The translations under genes were made by a program, and so were the position numbers. From Tubiluchus corallicola (taxonomy: Eukaryota > Animalia > Priapulida), in the NCBI GenBank assembly GCA_030141605.1, contig JAQGDQ010000023.1, positions 682,001 to 746,000 on the forward strand: a stretch of DNA of 64,000 nt, given 5' to 3'. Within the stretch, counting starts at the first letter, position 1. Each line of letters opens with the position of its first letter. Positions 14,201-26,773 of this stretch are shown here, piece after piece. The notes beneath the pieces are model-generated. The model was given only the letters and a program-made list of their open reading frames with translations, was not told where the DNA came from and made no database searches.

Positions 14201-15672
14201 TGGGAGTTAATTATCATGTCAATGTTTTGCACTATTGTAGTTCAACTGTATATTCTACAATGTTGCACAAATAAAGGAAAATACCATGAAGATTTTGTGG
14301 TCTTCTAATACAAGTAAGAATTCTCAATAAAAATCGCTAAAGAAGTCTTTCTTGCAGCAAAAATATAAGGAGATGGCTTTAAAGACTAGCCTCAATGTAA
14401 ACTAGTTCTGAGTAATTTTTGTTCATAAATCATTTCAAATGAGCTCCAAAGGCTCCAATTTAGATCCAAAATTTTGGGGCCATCCACATAAAATGATATC
14501 AAGTTTAGTATAGGTGGTGGCAGGAGATGTGTTAATGCCATTATAATGTATGGTAGGCAGGTGATTTAGTCATGATATCATTATCTGACATCACTTGCTT
14601 GGCTCAGTGAATTGGGACTGCGACCACCGATGAAATTAGAATCCACTGGTAAATGGTTTCCCATTTATTAACACAAGTGATGTTGTTGTCTGTCTTTAGT
14701 AAGATTAAAATGTAAAAAAGCTACATTGGTGTGATACTGATATCAATACAAGGGGTAGGTAGGTGGTAGGTCATATGATAATGCCATTATCACACAAGGT
14801 AGGTAGGTCCTCGAAATTGGCAGAAAACTTGATATTGTTCTATCTGTCTGCCCCTTTTTAGACAGAAAATAATAATTATTCTACTAGCACAATTCTAATC
14901 ATTCCAGTTTTACTAAAGAGGTCTAGTTTTTTTTAAACAAATTACCCCTAACATGGCAAACAGCTACAGTGACATATGGTCAATGAAAAGAGTTCTTATG
15001 TTCATGTCACAGTCACTAGAATTCCATTTTCATAAAACTATGATATGTGCTTTTCATTCCTCCCAAGTCAAGCCATTATCACAAAAGAAGGTCTTGTTAA
15101 TATGGTAAATATTGTGCAAATGACTAGAATTGGCCATGGGGCTAACAGAGCTGGATATGTGTTAGTATGTAAGAAATAAAACCTACTTTAACTCAGGAGC
15201 ACTTTTATACATGTATAATATTAACAGTATATACCTATTGTTGACAGGAAACTGTATGCTAATGATTAAAAAACTATTTAGAATGTAATGTATGCTGCTA
15301 ATTTAACTATACTATAGTAAACTGCTTGTCATTTCCATGTATCATGAAATAAACTTATGTGTAAACAATATAATATTCAAAAAATTATTAACTTACGCCT
15401 CCTGCAAGCTCATATACAGTACGATCCGTGAAATAGCCCAGTCTCCTGCCTTTTGTGATGCTGTCTGAAAAGTCCACTTCTCTGTCAGTTATTGACTTTC
15501 CTTTAAAGTCTTTAAAAGCACCACCGACACTGACATTTATTTTGTCAACACTCTCGCTTTCTACATCATCAAGAGTTTTGTGTTGATCATCTTCCGGCAA
15601 ATCGCTGGTCTCATAAACATCTGGCTCTCCCACAGCAATTCCAGGTAGACCAGCATACTTTGGATCAGCCAT
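8295..15672 (-). CDS. DCTN2: Dynactin subunit 2 (p50/dynamitin), 6 coding exons, 402 aa
   Basis: Exons (minus): 15397-15672, 13679-13828, 12945-13271, 12093-12266, 11304-11444, 8295-8435; all GT-AG, all phase 0. Diagnostic segments MADPKYAGLPGIAVGEPDVYETSDLPEDDQ, KETPHQKYQRLQHEIREL, LPEIVERMVALKELHEQALQF and the C-terminal NCESVDSRLKVLNK-stop. Confidence 0.96.
8990..10476 (-). mobile_element. 5'-truncated CR1/L2-clade LINE (RT C-half, 3' UTR) in DCTN2 intron 5
   Basis: ORFs 9509-10456 and 9180-9581: QGSILGPLLFLVYINDI, LFAENT (decayed FADD), HLGIYFTCDLKW, WNSLPLDI and the C-terminal CQCG...ETVVHYLISC zinc-finger motif. AATAAA on the minus strand near 9005. Confidence 0.88.
11878..11925 (-). 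other. Degenerate minimal hammerhead-ribozyme motif, likely a Penelope-like element relic
   Basis: Minus strand reads CTTATGA-T-GGGAAC-tgttga-GTTCTC-GAAA-CATCATC. This matches the CTGATGA / stem II / GAAAC core except for a G5 to T change. Confidence 0.4.
14477..14854. mobile_element. Degenerate MITE in DCTN2 intron 1
   Basis: Imperfect inverted ends GGGGCCATCCACATAAAATGATATCAAG / CTTGATATTGTTCTATCTGTCTGCCCC, with internal GGTA/GGTG repeats. Confidence 0.35.
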
Positions 15673-16019
15673 TGTTTAACTTGAAATGCAGATTTGCAGT
15701 CCTTTACAATTGGTAAAAACATTATAAAACAATGAAATAATATTTAATGATAATGCATAAATTACAATTCCTCCATTTTTTATTAAAATGAAGAGTTTGA
15801 CCATTTTGGAGTACGTTTGACAAAAAATATTTCTTATCTAAGCTAATGAAACTATTAAATGCAAACATTTGCACTTAAAAGTCGTCAAATTTTTCTTAAA
15901 AGTTTAATGCATCTTTAAACAGTATTAGAGGTTAAATATTCATTGTTTCGAAAAAAAATAAACAGTTATAATAACTTTTTTATGACATAGTCCAGGGATA
16001 ACACTTTAAGTAACCCAAT

Positions 16020-16200
16020 ACTTCTTTCCAAGGTGGTCCTGATTATTATTACCAGCAATTTACTTCGATAAATCCATCTGCTTAGTCAAAGAACCAATGG
16101 TACCGCTATTTAAGTCTTTGGTATTACTCGGTCGGAAGTTCAACTCGAGACCTCTCAGGTGGGAAATGAGCATACTACCACTGAGCTACGCCACTCGGTT
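16020..16200 (-). mobile_element. tRNA-derived SINE
   Basis: Minus strand has A-box TAGCTCAGTGG and a degenerate B-box GAGTTGAACT, followed by the non-tRNA body TACCAAAGACTTAAATAGCGGTACC. Confidence 0.6.
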
Positions 16201-17259
16201 TAAGTTCAAATTATCAGTGTTGCAACACGTATGGATGTTTCGGTGCTTTACCACAAAAGTCCTCATAATTGCTTTATAGTCTCGATGTTTATTTCAAACT
16301 TGAAGTTTTCAGTCTCTCGACCTTTGTCACTTCAGAAAGTGGGTTGCAGTCAACTTAAGCAAACCAGCATACCTTGAGACTACAGTGTAATTTGGTAGAC
16401 TTTTATGAACATGTGGCAAGTCGCAGGACAGCCTCAATTAAATAGAGTATATTTTGGTGTATTATATATAAATCCTGGAACGTAACAATATAAAACCACA
16501 AAAAAAATCAAATGTCATCAAGCATCGAAGGTGAAATGTTAAGTCACCAACATTTTATGATTTGGTACAAGATTTTTTAAACAAATTTCTGCAAAAACCC
16601 TTTTCTACTTATTTATCTTTAACAAAATGTGAGTGTATTTAACAGATGGATCGTTAAAATGGCTGCCATAATAGTGAGCACAAATGTTTCATGTTTTATT
16701 CATAACCTGAACCCTGGCCAAATCTCTATAAAACATTATGTAAATTCAAAATGCGTTTTTAAGATATTTTAATAGATTTTCTTCTCACCTAGCATGGCAG
16801 TTTCTGGATCTGTATGAATAATCAGCAAGTTTAAGAATATTACCCTCATGAGGATGGAGAGAGATTTGGTCCTTAAATGTATCTAATGATCTGCAATCAG
16901 TAACATTTTGGAAAGCCCGTTCTACTGGAGGATTGGAAATTGAAGTACTTATAGTATGGTTCAGATCATGTGCCCCGTCAGAGTTTAAAAAAATTGATGC
17001 ACAAGCAGTGATGGGGTCTGGGGGAGCACTGTAAGTTTTCCCAACGAGGTCCGGGGCAGAGCCTTTGCCACCAATGCATTTTCCTACATTTAAGCACATT
17101 TTGAAGGCCTCAAATGAGATCTAAATTCTGGTACACAGACTTTCTCAAACGTGAAAAATTCTGCTTTAATAAATACATTTTACCTACATTTACCTACGTA
17201 ATATTCATTGTATTGTATTGTAGTAGTCATATCTTAAAAGTAAGTTCATAATGCGGATG

Positions 17260-18100
17260 ACCCATTATTTTTTTATTTTCATTTAAGAACATTTATGAAA
17301 TACATTTTTTATAAAAGAAAATGGCAGCAGACATATAGCACTTATGCCAGCCATATAATACAATATAACGTAATTGGCAATATATTTACAATCATAGTTA
17401 TATCAAATCATTACACGAGAAAAAACTTAAAAACCTAAAAAACCCTAAAAGAAAATTAAAATGGAGAGACACTACATACAGTAAAGAAAAAATAGCTTAC
17501 ATTAAACGATTAAAATGACGAAATTATTAAATCAAAACAAATCTTTGTATACACAAAATCTAGAATAATGTTTGAACAATTTGTAATTGTGACCACGTAA
17601 ATTTTGGGTGGGAGCATAACAAAAAAAGCAACAAATGACAAATCTATTAACTTATAGCATAGTTTATAAACTATCTAAAGATCAAAAATTTCGTCTTACT
17701 TCAAGTTGTATTTCTAAAACCCACAACCTGTCCAAGTAGTTAAAAACATGAAGTTGACAATGGACAAATAATCTACGTGTAAAATATCGCTGAACTGTCT
17801 CTTTAGTATCGATGTCCTGCATATGTTGCGAAGACCACACTGGCATACAATACTCAAGTAGTGGCCTTTGTAAGCAAGCCACGAGTGCATTTTTGTTCTT
17901 CGAGGACGAACAGCAAAAAAGCACGTTTACCCATGTGAAAGCTTTGGCAACTTGGTCTTTAACATATTTAGAAAAATTTAAGTTTGAACAGACAGCTATT
18001 CGCAAATCTTTATAAACATTGTTAGCTGACAAAGTAACTCCATTTAAGATATATAGTAATTGAGGATTAACTAAGTTTAATTTATCTAGTGTCAAGATTA
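17260..18100 (-). mobile_element. CR1-type LINE 3' fragment
   Basis: ORF 17682-18095: RPLLEYCMPVWS, ETVQRYFTRR, YLDRLWVL. AT-rich tail near 17265. Confidence 0.75.
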
Positions 18101-18919
18101 TCTATCCAGTAAAATGTGGATAGTCAAATATAAAACTGGAGACTGTAAAGTTTACAGCCCACCCACAGTTCATACAAAATTTAGTAAGTTTGCGTGTTAA
18201 TTTTTCCTACCGGACACAGCTAAATGGCAGAACGTCTCAGCCACACATGCATTTTACTGCATTTTAGATCATCTTGCGGTTGAGGTAGAAGCTAATTCCT
18301 CGGCCAAGTTCACTAGCTTAAAACTTATTATCTCACCTCGAACTCGTGACTCGTAATTTCACTACTAATGAGACCTTGGGCCCACCCCTTAAATGCAGAA
18401 GTGCAGTTACAGTTAGCTAAAAACTGTCTAGCCAACGGAAATCGATAAGAGAATCGACACAATGTAAGTGACATACATAAACATAACTTCACTATGCAAA
18501 TCAGCTTGCTGTTCGGGGATTGCACAAACAAACAAGGGGCTGATGTGTTTCTTGGTTTACTACAAATAATTTTATTTAGCCACGAAAATTTTTTTTAAGA
18601 AATTCTGTGGATGCACATACCTTAGTGCGCCTGCCTGCCAGCGCCAGTGCTTAAGATGAAGTGGAAAGGTGCTTGAGTTTAAGGAAATGGTGTGAAATGG
18701 AGCGAAAGGTGCTGATCTGGTGCCTACAGGAAAAACGGACGATTGTTTAGACTCAATTTCATTTTAATTTACTGTCCAAAATATACATTTTCTTGCCTAT
18801 AAAAGTTAACAATTGTTCCTTATATTTGAATAATTAGCTTGCAAATTAATTAACGGCAACCAAACACAGATATTGCTTACATCAGAAAGTAACCACAGTT
18901 TGTGCAATGGCAGGCGTCT

Positions 18920-19150
18920 TCCCTTGCGCGTCAAGCACATTTGCATAGGTGTTACAGTACTACTTAAACACATGTCACGAAAAATGGGCTTTAAATCATA
19001 TGACGTCATGAAGCTATGATCATGGTTTTCACAATATCGCCTTCTATTTGTCAGCCACGCACACATGACAAAAGGCGCCGCTGCCAATCTTAGTAGATTC
19101 ACTGAGCCGCACGTAGCTTTGAAAGTTTAACGAAATTTGAGTATCTGAGG
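18920..19150. promoter_or_regulatory. CpG-enriched promoter-like segment (CRE, CCAAT)
   Basis: TGACGTCA at 19001-19008, GGCGCCGCTGCCAATC at ~19074-19089, raised CpG density, and a plus-strand donor-like GAG/GTAATT at ~19149. No linked CDS identified. Confidence 0.3.
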
Positions 19151-20099
19151 TAATTATTATTTAATTTGAGCTTTGATTTAAAATAACGTATTGTAGTTTT
19201 CAATATTTTACAGCATTCTTTATTCTGAACTCGTGTTTACACAATCATCTGATTTTCTTTTAAGTCCTTACATAGGAATTAAAAAAATGAGGATGGCACT
19301 GACACCAGATCGTGGGCAGTGTTGTACAATGTACATCATTGATAAACACCAGATGATAGCCCCCTCTTAGTTCAATCTTCAAATGCCTGCCACTTATAAT
19401 GAAATTTCGTGCAACTGTCAAAGCTATTTAGTAATAAAAATGTCATAAAAATGACTATACTTGTAAACTTGCCTTTTGTCCTTTAATCACTAATACTAGA
19501 GATAATTTTTCCGATTCACAAATGATGCAAGAGGCTAAACGCAGAAAAGTTATCATCATTCTATCGATCATCAATTATTATACTACATTGCTTTGCTATG
19601 TAGCTTTTAAAGAAGTTGCCATTTTAAATATGTTTTTATTGCATTACAGAAAGTTAAAGGCTTTAAAGGCACAACAAAAACAAACTTATGCTGTATGTTA
19701 ATAAGAGGAGAAAGACCAGTTTTTTCTCATTTATTTGTGGAAGCTGAAAATGCGTGAATTCACCAGTACAGTGCTAGAAAGCGTGAGATGAGGGTGAACT
19801 ACAAAAGTCAAACTTCATATACTTTATACGACTGGTCAATACTAAAGTAATAACTATTAATAATATTTGTACTACTAGTAATACTATATTAACTTAGTAC
19901 TACAGTTAGTACTAACACAAAGATGACTGCAATAAATAATTTTAGCAGAAATGATAATCGTGCTTCTAATGTAACAAGTGCTACATACTGTTAATTGTGG
20001 CTCTTGCTTTAAATAACAATTTGTTAAATACCTTTACAGAATACAGAACAGAAAATATCTCAGCCTTCTCTAAGTAAAATCTACTAAAACATAAAACTG

Positions 20100-20165
20100 G
20101 CCGTCCCACTTTTCCTGTTTAACTTCCGGTGACGTCATGCACGGAACGGCCAATCGCAAAGTGCA
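20100..20165. promoter_or_regulatory. Housekeeping-type promoter cluster (ETS-CRE-CCAAT), candidate DCTN2 promoter
   Basis: ACTTCCGG immediately followed by TGACGTCA, then GGCCAATCG, within ~40 bp. Minus-strand donor-like AAG/GTATTT at ~20030. Confidence 0.45.
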
Positions 20166-20880
20166 TGGGGTTAGAGGTGTTGCTCCTGGTAGAACATAGA
20201 AATAAACCATAGTTGAAATCAGTCAATACATTTTTGTAATGTTGTGGCAGTTGACGGTTAGGATTTGCAGCCGATGCAACTATATTTTGTCAGTTCACTT
20301 GCTAAAATATTCAAAATGAGATTCTTAGTCCATTATAGGTTTATAAATGTTGACCTGTAAGTTATGGCAAGTTACATTTTTTCAAATTCAAGTTCAGTTT
20401 ATTTCATTGCCAACAAACAAACAAACTACAATAATACAAATATGTATGTACAAATTTTTTGTATGATTGAAAAAAACAAGAAACTAATGAAATAATTGCT
20501 GATTCCCTCTATACGTACTACATTAAAGCGCCAGAGTGTCAGATGGCCACTAATTTAATTTCATGTCTTGCCATGCTGAGCATGAAAAAATGACTTATAC
20601 ATAGGGTAACTTTGGTGATATCAAAGAACAATTGATCGATTCTGGGGGAACTTTGATAATAGGTCATAATCAGCTCAACTACATGCTCCCTCCAGTAATT
20701 TTGACTTTTCAACACATTTGTATAATATTTGCAGACACATAGGTGGTAATTTTCTCTGTGTCTCTCCTGTATTAATTTAGAACTCACCTCTTTTATTATT
20801 GCATGTAGGTCTTTTATTGCTTTATGCAGTTAGATTAGATTTATTATGTACGATGCCAAGTTGATTGTATACAGAACATG

Positions 20881-21902
20881 TATATACTCATGCACCCACA
20901 TACAATGTTTTCAGTCATTCTGTCATGCACGCAATCATGTTTATTATTTTAATTATGTGAGTATTTACTAAAGATACATTTCTTCAATTTTTTGAAACAT
21001 GTGAATCGAGGTAAGAAGTTTTGAGCTGGTGGGTAGCAAATTCCAAGTTCTAGGTCCAGTATTAGAAGTGAATTGCTTTCAACATCTGTTCTCAGCTGAA
21101 TTTAATACATAAATATTGTGAAAATGCAAAATACCAAATTAAAAGAAAACAAGTATGTAAATAATAAAGTTGAATAATGGATTATAGGGGCCGTCCAAAA
21201 AGAAAACTTATAAAGGTCAGGCCCAATATGGCAAACAAAAAGAAAAGTGTAGGTGTAAGAATAAAATGTGGTCAAGTTAGATTATGTCCATCCGCCAACA
21301 AATAGTGCTTCTACTACTTTTACTTCTTCTTGTTATGGAGTATAGTCCATTCTTGTTCTTCTTTGAGTGTGATACGAAACAGTAAAGATTTTATATACTC
21401 ATGCACCCACATACAATGTTTTCAGTCATTCTGTCATGCACGCAATCATGTTTATTATTTTAATTATGTGAGTATTTACTAAAGATACATTTCTTCAATT
21501 TTTTGAAACATGTGAATCGAGGTAAGAAGTTTTGAGCTGGTGGGTAGCAAATTCCAAGTTCTAGGTCCAGTATTAGAAGTGAATTGCTTTCAACATCTGT
21601 TCTCAGCTGAATTTAATACATAAATATTGTGAAAATGCAAAATACCAAATTAAAAGAAAACAAGTATGTAAATAATAAAGTTGAATAATGGATTATAGGG
21701 GCCGTCCAAAAAGAAAACTTATAAAGGTCAGGCCCAATATGGCAAACAAAAAGAAAAGTGTAGGTGTAAGAATAAAATGTGGTCAAGTTAGATTATGTCC
21801 ATCCGCCAACAAATAGTGCTTCTACTACTTTTACTTCTTCTTGTTATGGAGTATAGTCCATTCTTGTTCTTCTTTGAGTGTGATACGAAACAGTAAAGAT
21901 TT
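20881..21902. repeat. Perfect head-to-tail tandem duplication, 2 x 511 bp
   Basis: 20881-21391 is repeated at 21392-21902 (TATATACTCATGCACCC...CAGTAAAGATTT). I found no mismatches by eye. Confidence 0.93.
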
Positions 21903-23357
21903 TAAATGTTTGAATTATGGCCCATAATAAAGAATTTGAGGCTTTTTTATATTTATAAAATATACTATGGTCTGATTTTATATGGTTAGGTAGATTGTTG
22001 AAAATTAATGGCCCAGTAAAGGAAGTAAAATGTTTAGCAACATTCATATGGACATATGGAAGAAAGTATTGATTAAATCGTGTATTATGAAATTTTCCAT
22101 TCAGTATGATAGGATTTTTGAAGAATTTGGGTGATAATTTGCTATTGGTTTTATACACAAAAATCGGAATATTATGAAACACTATGTTATCAAAAGACAA
22201 GACATTACATTGTTTAAAGAAAGAGTTAAATGCTTGAGTGAATTTATTTAATCCAAAATATAAAGGAAAAAATTTTCTTTGAAGACAACTTAAAAGGTTA
22301 AGATTTGTCATATGTGTAGCTCCCGAAAGGGAACTAGCATAATTTAAATAACGATAGACTAAAGAATAATAAAGAGTACGTACAGTCTAACCTCGTTATC
22401 TCGCCCCTCGTTATGCCGCCATACTCGCCTCTCGCCAAAAATTTGCCCTAGACGGACAGTGGCGAGATAACGATATGTGATTTAGACAAATTGTATTTAG
22501 TATGGGAGATAATAAATATATTTCTGGCTATTTTTAGTATAATCATTTTATATGAGAGTTTAAGTCCAGATGTTCATGCAGAACTACACATAAAATTCTG
22601 GCAGACTGAATACGTTTTACATGAAGTCCATCAATATAAAGACTAGTAGTCTTTATATTGATGGCGTTCCTGTACAAAGTAAAGGAATCAGTTTTTTGGA
22701 ACGAAATAGAATGTATTTCGTTAATATGAAATTAGGAGATTATTTCATGGCTTTAAACTAGTTTGAAATTTCTGTTAAACTATTATTTATGTTAGTATTG
22801 CTGAACTGATTGAAATTGAAAGATTGTGGTGTCATCAGCAAACTGAATAATACTTGGATAGATAAAAAAAATTTATATCGTTCATATAAATCAAAAATAA
22901 AAGACGTCCTAAAACAGAACCCTGAGGAACACCACAATTTATGGAGAGTTCATTTGAGGTAATGGTTACACCTGACGCACTGCTTATGGTTATCAAGATA
23001 GCTATTTACTTAGCCAGTCATTTGAGATCCCCCTAGAGCCAAAGAAAGATAACTTACATGGTCAACGGCACCAAAGCATCAAAGGCTTTAGAGAGATCAC
23101 AAAATATACCAGCAGTGACCGAGTTATTTTCAATTCATTTAATGGATTTTACAAACATAATATATAGTGGTAATTCAACTGGAGAACCTTTCCTAAATCC
23201 ATATTGTTTATTATTTAATATATCATGTTTTATTAGATAATAATTATTATGCATTTGATTATAAACACAGCACTCAAACTTTTGAGAAAAATGGAAGATA
23301 TGAAATGGGGCGATAATGATTAGTTATAGTTCTATCACCAGATCTGAATAAAGTAAC
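21630..23357 (-). mobile_element. Degenerate CR1/L2-clade LINE (RT domain and 3' end), interrupted by a MITE
   Basis: Minus-strand motifs NHYRPISYLPFFSKV, DLSKAFD (~23080), GVPQG (~22925), QFADDT (~22835) and FTGPLIFNNLP (ORF 21844-22311). Confidence 0.8.
22383..22480 (+). mobile_element. Tc1/mariner (pogo/Tigger-like) MITE end inserted in the LINE
   Basis: TA + CAGTCTAACCTCGTTATCTCGCC terminus, with the internal inverted copy GGCGAGATAACGA at ~22460-22473. Confidence 0.5.
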
Positions 23358-23559
23358 TGCTGGCTTCATGCAACCTGTAAATACATCGAAAGGAAGCAGG
23401 TTTGTATAATTGCTTGATCTCAAATCGCACAGGCAGGCTCTTGTTACTATTTCTTCACCTGATAAACAACACATACACCAGTGACATAAAATGAGCTACA
23501 TACTTAAGTAAGAGGTATTTAGTGAGCATAAGAGTGAAAAAAGTATTACAACAAAGTAT

Positions 23560-23695
<136 letters not shown>

Positions 23696-24165
23696 GGGCT
23701 TGGGTGTGGTGGTTGCACTCCACTGCACCTCGATGTGTAAGTTACAAGTAGTTATCATAAAAATGTCATTAAAAGTACATTAAATGCTAAAGATAAAATT
23801 ATCATACTGAGTCTGCTTGTTAATTAGTTTAAACATAATTTCACTGATTAAATTTAACTGGAAAAAATAGTGGAATGTGGTAATCTGATTTTAACATCAT
23901 GTTGTCTATAATTAACAACTTTGTTATGTATTTTGGCAACATACTTCCCCTGCGATCAAGAACTTTAACACAGACTTGTTCCTCATCATTGCCAGGACAT
24001 CTTATATCAGGACAAATATCTCTCCGGTTTGTGTGCAAATCTGCTCCTGGGTATGGTGGAATTGTGCAAGAATAGCATCGTATAGCATTACCTGTATAAC
24101 AACACAACTGTTAGAGTGTTTAAAATCTTTCTGTCACATGCCCGTGCTTGTGATATACAAGTTAA

Positions 24166-26773
24166 GAACGCGTCCGCGAGAAGACCATGCAAAATCGAAA
24201 AAATATTTTTTACTCATATTTGAAGGATTAGCCATGCAGCAACCACTGAGTTTGAATAGATCTGACTCTGCACAGTATTGGATCTTGTTATCTTCTCCAA
24301 AATGACATTTCGACTTTTGTCCCAAACCCCACTCTTTCGGCTCTACTGGGGGTCTTTAAGCTCGCATTACGCACAAGATGCAAATACTCAGTCATTTCAA
24401 AGTCTTATATCTCACCCACTGCGGGGGCGGGAACAAAAATATCGATATGTATGTGAATAGAGCATCCCATCCCACTATGCTGTAGTGACAATTTCGATGG
24501 AGCGAATTTCCACCCTATTATAAATGACCTCTGAAAGAGGCATATATCAGGGTGAAAATATAGGTAACAACCTTCATCAAAAAGCTTCGTGTAGATAAAC
24601 ATGAGTTGTCAAATCTTGTCAAAATACTTCAAAACGTCATAAATATTCATCTTTGGCAACTACGGGCCTGGACAGCACATTGGTTAAACTACCGACAGGA
24701 CTGGACTCTAGCATTCAAGATGGCGGCCACTGCTGAACTAAAATGTTCGTTTTCTGGGCTGTTTACCAGCGTTAAATGCGGTATTCTGACTAGTTATCCG
24801 CACGAAACGAATATTGCGAATCTATTAGCCTGTACCAAAGACACTGGACCGCATTTAGAGCGCTTCCATCTTCAAAAAAATGAAATACCTACGAAATGGA
24901 AATTGCTTCTTGCAAGGACTGGAAATAGTTTTATGTACTGTTTATTTTCTATGCTTTGTAAATGTTATGTACAGGTTATTACCTAGTTATTACTCATTGT
25001 CTTACATAGGTGTACAATCCAGGACACAAAGAAAATTGCCCTAAATCTGAGCGAATGCCCAAACAATATGGGACAGACTTCCCCCAAAATATCATTTGTC
25101 CGGTGATTTTTTGACTGTGAAACATCGGAAATTTTTGTGCCATTGGCGCAATCATTCAATCGCACTATTAATATTTTTTGTCAGAAGTATCGATTTTGTG
25201 CCAAAAATAAATTTTGGGCGAAGAAAACTTTTCTGAGCTAAATATCACCGCCATCCCCCTAGAAGCGGCCCATGCGCTTATATTGTCTCATGTTTAGACT
25301 GTAAGATTTTCGCTTTATCACTTTCCCCATGATATATTTGCCTATATTTCTGTATCTATCTTCTAGTGATAATCTACCTGCATCGATAATTCTTTCTCTA
25401 TTATTTTTAGATGTTATGGTTTTTATTACATGTACTACTTCAGTGATAGGATTATGCTGCTACAATAGGAACAGTATTTTGGACTTAGAGAAATTAATTC
25501 TGACTGAGTTTTGTAGTTTTTCATTTTTGTACTGATATTCATAATCTTCTATGTATAGCCATGAAGCTTATTCATATAAAAAGTATAAAAAATGAACATA
25601 TGTATAAAAATGAACGGATTTCTAATTTATATGTATATACCAAGTGTTGTCAGATTCTTTAGCTAGCAATGACTCTCAATCTTAACAATCGGTACTTCTT
25701 CTCTATTAGAGGGCTTATTGTTTAGTCTTTCCTAGTATCCGCTAGCGATTCAGTGTGTAGAGAATGCCCTGAATAAGGGTCGGACTCGGTACTAGGGGCA
25801 TGCATGATGTCCTGTCCTGAAATCCGTCAGAAGGGGCAATTATTCATATTTGTAGTCATATGAAAATTCCGACATAACTAAATCCATTACAGTGAAATTC
25901 GCAAATTTCTAGCAATTTCCATGGCAAAGGAATCTATTGCTACTAGGAAATGAGAGCACTAGTCACAGAAAATGCAGGTTAAACGTGGCTAAATGTCTAC
26001 TGTCATATACGACCTGAGCCAAGTATGTCTACTTTTTACACATGGACGGAACTACTATGGAAAGTAAAAAAGTGTGTTGATATGGCAATTTTTTCTAACA
26101 GTGCCCCTTTCTATATAATGTCATTCATGATATTATCTCAGCTCGTGCGTTTTCATGAAATTTAGAATACAGATTTGTCACTTATAATCCAGCATATTGA
26201 TAGAAAAAAAAATTGAAAAACTGCAAAAAAAGCGAATTTTGCTGATTTTTGTGAAATTTTAAAGTGCCAGTACTAAATACTCAAACAGGCTCCAGCGAAT
26301 TTTCTTTTGTATATTATTAGTAAGGATGATGGTCAACACATACATGAGAACCGGAAGTTTTGTAGCCCCGCAGTGGGCGAGTTATGAGCCTTACAACTTA
26401 ACCTCTCCCGGGACTCTTAACAAAGAGCCGAATTTGAAAAATCCCGTTCTCTGATACTATTAATAGTATGTCAGAAAAAGTTAGGATATCAGAAGACAAT
26501 GTCTGGGTCTATGTACCAGCCAACTTACATCGACCCATCTATAATAGTTTATACAGGAGAAAAAGTTAAAGTAACCCCCCCCCCAAATAGCGATTTTTTG
26601 CCTCTTTCGGGGTCAATTTCTTGATGTGGTCATTTCTCTGCCAATAGTAGCTCGATCGATTTGATATCTTGGTTACATGGTTTTGGGGGGTCGCCCTTCG
26701 TGTTAGAAAAAATGATATAAATTCGTCACCACTCATGTGCCACCCCCTGCATGGTGCTCTCGCGGACTCGTTC
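24166..26773 (+). mobile_element. TTAA-targeting DNA transposon derivative (Kolobok-like; Sola3 not excluded), 2608 bp
   Basis: TTAA at 24162-24165 and 26774-26777. TIR GAACGCGTCCGCGAGAAGACCATGC vs GCATGGTGCTCTCGCGGACTCGTTC. Empty site CAAGTTAAATACAC in the paralog at ~31941. Internal Cys/His-containing ORF remnant MAATAELKC...LLLARTG (ATG at 24720). Confidence 0.85.

Noticed and set aside
16130-16200. Possible tRNA gene
   Set aside because: Degenerate B-box, no clean cloverleaf, and it continues into a SINE-like body.
16785-17099. 104-aa ORF containing SAPPDP
   Set aside because: It overlaps a GC-rich GGGGTCTGGGGGAGC...GGGGCAGAGCC motif typical of non-coding MITEs.
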